Shown here piece after piece: positions 58,383 through 64,000 of a stretch of DNA of 64,000 nt; position 1 is the first letter of the stretch; every line of letters starts with the position of its first letter. Below the pieces are notes generated by a model. The model was not told where the DNA came from and did no database searches. It saw only the letters and a program-made list of their open reading frames with translations. The stretch is from NCBI GenBank assembly GCA_041690395.1, contig JAWLHJ010000003.1:256001-320000 (forward strand). The letters are read 5' to 3'. The DNA is from Longimicrobiales bacterium. Lineage in GTDB: Bacteria > Gemmatimonadota > Gemmatimonadetes > Longimicrobiales > Gaopeijiaceae. Made by a program: the position numbers and the translations under genes.

Positions 58383-58669
58383 CAGGCCTCCCCTCCCCCG
58401 AGCGGCTCGCGCCCACGCCCGAGATCCCGGAACTCGAAGAACTTCAGCACGGTGATGGTCCCGATGAAGTTGATGAGCGCGTAGACGAGCGCGAGATCGA
58501 GGAATTCGGGGCGGCCGTTCAGGTATCCGAGCACCGCGATCAGCAGCACGGTCTTGGTGCCGAAGATGTTCACGGCGAGCACACGGTCGTATACGGAGGG
58601 CCCGACGAGCGCGCGCACGAGCGCCAAGCTCATGCTGACGAGGACTCCGGCGGTGGCGACGAAGAACAT
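58382..58669 (-). CDS. mrpF: Mrp antiporter subunit F
   Basis: RALVGPSVYDRVLA, DLALVYALINFIGT. Confidence 0.93.
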   Translation of the reverse strand: MFFVATAGVLVSMSLALVRALVGPSVYDRVLAVNIFGTKTVLLIAVLGYLNGRPEFLDLALVYALINFIGTITVLKFFEFRDLGRGREPLGGGEA

Positions 58670-59142
58670 CAGGAACCCTCCACCCAGTGGACGCGGCGGA
58701 TCATCGGGTCGGCTTCGTCGGTGTCGAAACCGTCACCTTCGAGCACGTGCACCTCGATCGTGTCGCCGTCGATCGCGGTCGTGACGGTGCCCGGCGTCAG
58801 CGTCACCGAGTTCCCGTAGATGACCTTGGCGAGGTCGGTGCGGTAGCGGATCGGGTAGCGGCCGAGCTTCGGCGAGATGGGCAGCCGCGGATCGAGGACG
58901 ATGCGGGCCATGCGCACGTTCGACTTGAAAACCTCCCAGAGGAGCCACGGGAGGTAGACGAGGAAGCGGAAGCCGATGTGGAGCGGGAGGCCTTCCTCGT
59001 CGACCACGTCCATGCGGCGCGCGACGTACACCACGAGGAGGCACGAAGCCGCTCCCAGGCTCAGGAGCAGAGGTGTATAGTGCCCCGAAAGGAGGAGCCA
59101 GAAACCGTACAGTATCGCGCCCAGTCCGAATAGTCGGAGCAA
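58669..59142 (-). CDS. mrpE: Mrp antiporter subunit E
   Basis: FWLLLSGHY, NSVTLTPGTVT; TTG start 59142 after GGGAG. Confidence 0.9.
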   Translation of the reverse strand: MLRLFGLGAILYGFWLLLSGHYTPLLLSLGAASCLLVVYVARRMDVVDEEGLPLHIGFRFLVYLPWLLWEVFKSNVRMARIVLDPRLPISPKLGRYPIRYRTDLAKVIYGNSVTLTPGTVTTAIDGDTIEVHVLEGDGFDTDEADPMIRRVHWVEGS

Positions 59143-59215
59143 GCTTGACTCCCTGATGAATGTTCCAGGCTGACGGGCGTGCGCGCCCCGCATAGGCGAA
59201 AAATCAGCGCGGAAT

Positions 59216-59761
59216 CTACCAGTTGGACTGCGCCCCGTCCACAATGGCCTGGACCAACAGCTCGATGGCGGCTCTCCGCCCCTCTTCCTCGGGGGCGCCT
59301 TCCGCGAAAAGCCCTTGCGCCGTCTCGCTGTTCGATTCCCAAAGGATCACGTTCTCGACCCGGTCGACGATCTGGACGCTGATCGAGATCCGCACCTCGC
59401 GCTGGAGCACCTCGGCAGGCTGACCACCCGCACCTGCCCTGTAGTTCGGTGCTTGGACGTCGTAGCGGGTGACGGATCCGCGCACCACCGCGTCGGCCGA
59501 CTCCAGACCCGCCTGGCGGACGCCGAGCGCGGACGGGAGACTCCTCACGAGCTCGTCGTAGAGCTCGCTCGCGACCTCGAATCGCTCGGACTCGTTGTCG
59601 AACGGCTCGATCGCGATGGTGCGGACGTGTGGCGGAGGGAAGGAGCCCGCTTGGAAGGAGTAGTTGCACCCCGCGGCCGCGATCACCGCCGCCAGCACCG
59701 TGCAGGCGGTGAGCGGCACTCGGCGGCGGGGGCGCAGGGTCGGCGTCAGGTCGGAGATCAT
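59216..59761 (-). CDS. lptE: LPS assembly lipoprotein LptE family
   Basis: Lipobox AAGC-NYSF, P-HVRTIAIEPFDN, ADAVVRG-VTRY, terminal W. Confidence 0.8.
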   Translation of the reverse strand: MISDLTPTLRPRRRVPLTACTVLAAVIAAAGCNYSFQAGSFPPPHVRTIAIEPFDNESERFEVASELYDELVRSLPSALGVRQAGLESADAVVRGSVTRYDVQAPNYRAGAGGQPAEVLQREVRISISVQIVDRVENVILWESNSETAQGLFAEGAPEEEGRRAAIELLVQAIVDGAQSNW

Positions 59762-60465
59762 CAGCGGGTGGGAATCCAGATGTCGTCGGGGAAGGACGAT
59801 ACGGTCTCCATGGATTCCCGCACCAGCTGAAGCTCGCGGAAGTCCGTCCGGTGCCGGTACGTCGCCTCGGTAGGGAAGCGCTCTCCGGCGGCGATGACAA
59901 GTTCGACTTCCTCGACCACGCGGCCGCCGCTCAGCACTTCCACGCGCACCAGGACGTCGTCGAGGGCCTGATAGTGGAGCTCCGTCCCGTCCGGGTAGCG
60001 GTACCGGAGCCGCACGCTACCGTCCTCCAAACGGTCGCCGCCCGTGAAGGTCGCGTCGGGACCGGGGTGGACCACGCCGAGGGCGGCCCACAGCAAGTCG
60101 GGTGGAGGAAGCACGTCGTCGGAGGCTCCGGCGGGAAGCCGGATCTCCGAGTCGACCAGAGCCGCGCGCAGGGCCGTCTCGCCGTTGTCGAGGAACAGGT
60201 CCAGGCGCGCGCGGGCCGGCGGCGCGACCCGGGCGGCGCCCCGCCCCCGCGCCCGTACCCCACGGTCGTTGGCTCGCCAGCCGAAGACGACCTGGACGGC
60301 GGTGTCCAGGCGTGTCTCGGCCCGGAGGGCGTCGGCCATGCCGGCCGCGTCGGGCACGGGTGCGACCACGGCGGGGCGGCCGGGGGCGCAGCCGGTCAGG
60401 AGCGCCGCCAGGAGCATGGCTCCCGAGGCGTTGCGGACGGAGGCTGAAGCGCTGGGTAGGTTCAT
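59761..60465 (-). CDS. Hypothetical lipoprotein (possible LolA/LolB-like fold)
   Basis: Lipobox LTGC; GRGAARVAPPARARLDLF; beta-rich; TGATG-coupled to lptE. Confidence 0.65.
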   Translation of the reverse strand: MNLPSASASVRNASGAMLLAALLTGCAPGRPAVVAPVPDAAGMADALRAETRLDTAVQVVFGWRANDRGVRARGRGAARVAPPARARLDLFLDNGETALRAALVDSEIRLPAGASDDVLPPPDLLWAALGVVHPGPDATFTGGDRLEDGSVRLRYRYPDGTELHYQALDDVLVRVEVLSGGRVVEEVELVIAAGERFPTEATYRHRTDFRELQLVRESMETVSSFPDDIWIPTR

Positions 60466-60555
60466 ACGACGCAAAGTAAGCAAATCACGGACCGTGAGGG
60501 GCGTCGCCACGCGCGGCCCTTCCAAACGGCGCCCGTTCTTGCCTACCTTCGCAGC

Positions 60556-61305
60556 GTGACTGCCTCCCAACCCGTCTACCTCGCCTCCGACGTCCATTAC
60601 GGCGCGATCTCCCGCGACCGGGAGCGGGCTTTCCTGGCCTGGCTCGAGCATGCGGCCGCCGAAGCCTCGCGCATCGTGGTCAACGGAGACCTCTTCGACT
60701 TCTGGTTCGAATACCGGACCGGGCCGACGCGCGGATACGACGAGCTGCTGGACCTCCTCCGGAGGATCGTGGCTTCCGGCGTACCGATCACGCTGATGGG
60801 CGGCAACCACGACTGCTGGGGCGGGCGCTACCTCACCGAGGACGTCGGCGTCGAGTTCCTGAACGGTCCCGTCGTGCGCGACTACGCGGGACACAGGACC
60901 TTTCTCGCCCACGGGGACGGACTCGGGCGCGGGGACTGGGGCTACCGGCTCGTGAAGCCGATCCTGCGGAGCAGGCTCACGTCGTTCGCCTTCGGCCTGC
61001 TACCCCCGGCCGTCGGGGACCGCATCGCGGGACGGGCGTCCAGGACCGAAGGCCGGTGGTCGGAGCCGAACGCGCGACAGCTCGACAGGGCTCGGGCGCT
61101 GGAGGAGTGGGCCGTCGCGAAGCTCACCGCCGAGCCCGACCTGGATCTGGTGGTTCTTGGACATGCGCACGTCCCGTCGGCTCTGGAGGTGGCCCCGGGG
61201 CGGTGGTACGTCAATGCCGGCGACTGGGTCTTCCGGCGGACGTACGTCGTGCTCGAGCGCGGGTCTCCACCCGCCCTCGAGGAGTGGGAGGAGATCTCCG
61301 CATGA
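60556..61305 (+). CDS. lpxH: UDP-2,3-diacylglucosamine diphosphatase (LpxH-like metallophosphoesterase)
   Basis: SDVH, GDLFDFWFEY, GNHD, AHGDG, GHAH, NAGDW. Confidence 0.85.
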   Translation: MTASQPVYLASDVHYGAISRDRERAFLAWLEHAAAEASRIVVNGDLFDFWFEYRTGPTRGYDELLDLLRRIVASGVPITLMGGNHDCWGGRYLTEDVGVEFLNGPVVRDYAGHRTFLAHGDGLGRGDWGYRLVKPILRSRLTSFAFGLLPPAVGDRIAGRASRTEGRWSEPNARQLDRARALEEWAVAKLTAEPDLDLVVLGHAHVPSALEVAPGRWYVNAGDWVFRRTYVVLERGSPPALEEWEEISA

Positions 61306-61901
61306 GGGTCCTGGTCGCCCTGGTCATCTCGGTGCTCGTCTCGGTGGTGGACGTCACGGCCCAGAACGTGCCCACGCCGCCGCCGGACGCGCCGACCCCC
61401 GACCTCGTGCTCGGGCGTCCGGCGCTCGATCCCCCGAGCCCCGGAGGCGCGTTTCTCCGCTCGCTCGCGTTGCCCGGGTGGGGCCATGCCGCGATCGGAT
61501 CCTACGGGCGGGGCGCGTTCTACGTGGCGGCCGAAGCGGGTACGTGGTACGCGTTGATCCGTACGCGGATGCGCTTGAACGAGGCGCGTGATCGGGCGTC
61601 GCTGAGGGAGCGCAACCTGCGAGCCGGGCTGGAGCGCGAGGGCCTCACGGACCCGATCGAGATCGAGCAGCGGCTCGACGCCGATGCTCGGCTCCAAGAC
61701 GTGCGGGGCCTGGTCGAGTCGCGTGAGTCCCAGCAAGAGGATTGGGTGGCGCTCGGCATCTTCCTGATGCTGCTGAGCGGCGCTGACGCTTACGTGTCGG
61801 CGCATCTCGCGAACTTCCCCGAACCGATCGACGTCGGCGTGGTGCCGGGCACGGCCGGCGGTGTGGAGCTCGCGGTCCGGGTACCCGTCGGGGGTCGGTA
61901 G
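61302..61901 (+). CDS. Hypothetical membrane protein (DUF5683-like)
   Basis: SPGGAFLRSLALPGWGH, ADAYVSAHL; ATGA overlap with lpxH. Confidence 0.7.
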   Translation: MRVLVALVISVLVSVVDVTAQNVPTPPPDAPTPDLVLGRPALDPPSPGGAFLRSLALPGWGHAAIGSYGRGAFYVAAEAGTWYALIRTRMRLNEARDRASLRERNLRAGLEREGLTDPIEIEQRLDADARLQDVRGLVESRESQQEDWVALGIFLMLLSGADAYVSAHLANFPEPIDVGVVPGTAGGVELAVRVPVGGR

Positions 61902-61944
61902 GAAACCGTTACCCCTCGCCCGCTCCGCCCATCGTCGGGCGAGC

Positions 61945-62041
61945 TGGCGGGAACGTGTGGGAATCGAACCCACCCACCCGGGTTTTAGCCGGGCTGCACG
62001 GTTTTGAAGACCGCCGGAGACACCAGTCCCCTTCCGCTCCC
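61945..62041 (-). tRNA. selC: tRNA-Sec (anticodon UCA)
   Basis: GGGAGCGG-AA-GGGGAC TGGT GTCTCC (6-bp D stem), loop CT-TCA-AA, long variable arm, GTGGG TTCGATT CCCAC, G discriminator + CCA; 97 nt. Confidence 0.95.
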
Positions 62042-62167
62042 CTACAGCTGCATCGTATCCGCCGTCGCGGCCCGCCGTAGCAGGACCGCATCGTCGCGCG
62101 CCCGGACTCTAGGAAGGTCCGCTCGGACCGCCAACCCCCGGCCGTCCGAGCGATGGCTCGGCGACGG

Positions 62168-62557
62168 TCAGCTCCTCACCCGCGCGACGCACTCGATCTC
62201 GACACCGGACGCCTTCGGGAGCGCTGCCGCCTGCACCGCCGCGCGGGCGGGACGGTGGTCACCGAAGTGCTTGGCGTAGACTTCGTTCATCTCCTGGAAG
62301 TCACCCATGTCGGCCAGGAAGACGGTGGTCTTCACGACGCGGTCCATCCCCGAGCCCGCGGCCTCGAGCACGGCACGCATGTTCCGGAGGACCAGATCGG
62401 TCTGGTCCGCGATCGACCCCCTCTCCATCTCCCCCGTCGACGGATCGAGCGGGATCTGCCCCGAGCAGAACACGAAGTCGCCGGTGACGATGGCCTGTGA
62501 ATAGGGTCCGATCGCGGCGGGGGCGTCGTCGGTCTGGATGCGTGCGAGGTCGCTCAT
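62168..62557 (-). CDS. ridA: RidA/YjgF family deaminase
   Basis: APAAIGPYSQA, SGQIPLDP, VVKTTVFL, MNEVY, PARAAV..LPK..VEIE. Confidence 0.93.
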   Translation of the reverse strand: MSDLARIQTDDAPAAIGPYSQAIVTGDFVFCSGQIPLDPSTGEMERGSIADQTDLVLRNMRAVLEAAGSGMDRVVKTTVFLADMGDFQEMNEVYAKHFGDHRPARAAVQAAALPKASGVEIECVARVRS

Positions 62558-63567
62558 GGATGGGTCTCCTTCAGGTTGGATTCGTGGAAGCGGCGCACGT
62601 GGTCGCTGAGCTCGTCGGGCGACACGGTCGCCACGCCGGGCTTGCCGACTTCGATGGCGGCGGCGTGGTTGGCGAGCAGAGCCGCCTCCTCGACGGTTCC
62701 TCCTGCGGCCAGGACGACCGCCACGACGGCGGTCACGGTGTCGCCCGCGCCCGAGACATCGTATACGCCGCGGGCCGCCGTGGGCACCCTGACCAGATCT
62801 CCCTCCCCGGTCTGCAGCGCCATGCCCCGTTCCCCCAGTGTCAGGAGGAGGTGCCTTGCCCCCAGGCGCGTCCGGGTCGCCTCCATCCAGCCCTGGTCGC
62901 CGGGGTGGATGAACGCGCCGAGCGCGTCCTCGAGCTCCTTCGCGTTCGGCTTGAACACGGTCGCGCCACCGTATGCGAAGAAGTTCCGGCGCTTCGGATC
63001 GACGACCGACGGAATGCCATGGCGCTCTGCCACGGCCAGGACGCTCGAGATGACCGAGGGAACGAGGACGCCCTTGTTGTAGTCCTCCATGACCACCACG
63101 TCCGAGCCTGCCCCGAGCTCCTCGACCGTGCGGGCGAGCGTCTGGGCGAGCTCGCCCTCGGCGTCGGCGTCGACCTCGTGGTCGAAGCGAACGACCTGCT
63201 GCCGCCGCGCCAGGATCCGCGTCTTCACCGTCGTGGGGCGCTCGTCGGAGAGCACCATCCCCTCGGTTCTGACGCCGAGCTTCTCGAGCTCGCCGCGCAT
63301 CGCCTCGCCGGACGCGTCGCGGCCCGCGAGCCCGACCACGCGGCAGGTCGCGCCGAGCGCGGCGACGTTGGCCGCCACGTTCCCGGCGCCACCGACCGCG
63401 GAGGCCTCCTCCTCGACGCGCACGACCGGAACCGGAGCCTCGGGCGACACCCGGTCGACGACGCCGGAGATGTAGCGGTCGAGCATGAGATCTCCGACCA
63501 CCAGGACCCGGACGTCCGCGATGGCCTGGAGCAGCTCGTGGACGCGCTGCTCCGTCAGCCGGTCCAC
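62554..63567 (-). CDS. rfaE1: D-glycero-beta-D-manno-heptose-7-phosphate kinase
   Basis: VGDLMLDRY..RVSPEAPVPVV, GGAGNVA, DYNKG, DVSGAGDTV. Confidence 0.93.
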   Translation of the reverse strand: MDRLTEQRVHELLQAIADVRVLVVGDLMLDRYISGVVDRVSPEAPVPVVRVEEEASAVGGAGNVAANVAALGATCRVVGLAGRDASGEAMRGELEKLGVRTEGMVLSDERPTTVKTRILARRQQVVRFDHEVDADAEGELAQTLARTVEELGAGSDVVVMEDYNKGVLVPSVISSVLAVAERHGIPSVVDPKRRNFFAYGGATVFKPNAKELEDALGAFIHPGDQGWMEATRTRLGARHLLLTLGERGMALQTGEGDLVRVPTAARGVYDVSGAGDTVTAVVAVVLAAGGTVEEAALLANHAAAIEVGKPGVATVSPDELSDHVRRFHESNLKETHP

Positions 63568-64000
63568 GCGTCGCGCCCCCGTGCCTCCAGCGCCACCCAT
63601 CGGTGATCGTCACCGTCTCGAGCCAGGAGCCGGTCCTGGAGGTTCACCGACACGCAGACGTGGTTCGGCACGATCCGGACGCGCTCGGCGATGGACGGGG
63701 TCCAGTCCGACCGGGACAGGTCGAGAACACCGTGCTCCTCGGACAGTCCCTTCACCAGCACCTCTGGATGGTCGAGCACGAAGCCGTACCCCGCGTCGCC
63801 GCCGCGCTCCTCCTTCGAGAGGGCCTTCGAGCCCGCGTCGACGACCGCGCTGCCGGGCACCGCGGTGCTGACCACCGTGGCGAGCACCGTATACGCGACG
63901 GTGTCCGGCGTCGCGATCCCGATCGCGAGTCCCTCGCGGTCGTAGAAGATGCACGACCCGGAACGGATCTCGGTGAGACCGGCGATCTCGTGGCTCCTGC
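63555..64000 (-). CDS. DSD1/D-threonine aldolase-like PLP enzyme (alanine racemase fold), 3' part
   Basis: TEIRSGSCIFYD, VVDAGSKALS, LSEEHG, IVPNHVC; truncated by window. Confidence 0.88.
   Translation of the reverse strand, partial: RSHEIAGLTEIRSGSCIFYDREGLAIGIATPDTVAYTVLATVVSTAVPGSAVVDAGSKALSKEERGGDAGYGFVLDHPEVLVKGLSEEHGVLDLSRSDWTPSIAERVRIVPNHVCVSVNLQDRLLARDGDDHRWVALEARGRDAWTG

Overview
High-GC bacterial chromosomal window. The gene mix (ADOP-type duplicated permease, TonB receptor, many Cys-lipobox proteins, lptE/lpxH, split rfaE1/rfaE2) suggests a diderm of the Gemmatimonadota type; this is inference only. All product calls come from motif recognition by eye, with no database searches. 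The left part (1-26 kb) is an accessory patchwork next to tRNA-Pro(UGG). It includes an ATP-grasp/SET fusion, a His-bearing membrane-protein pair with a cytochrome c-prime, and four CPBP intramembrane proteases around a ~1150-aa ORF. That ORF fuses two SxxK serine hydrolases, a TM bundle, an internal signal peptide and a beta-barrel. The middle part (26-48 kb) holds metA/metZ, a DEAD-box helicase, a TonB receptor, fhs, an ABC exporter with a Gly/Glu tandem repeat, a REP-like palindrome array, ggt and several exported enzymes. The right part (48-64 kb) is a mostly minus-strand run: lptE, a multi-MrpD Mrp operon, a catalytically degenerate HemC homologue, rfaE2, rph and rdgB, plus lpxH, tRNA-Sec, ridA and rfaE1. 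I saw no transposase, integrase, cas gene or canonical CRISPR array. The best novelty candidates are the putative polyprotein/CPBP cluster, the pseudo-HemC and the ATP-grasp/SET fusion.
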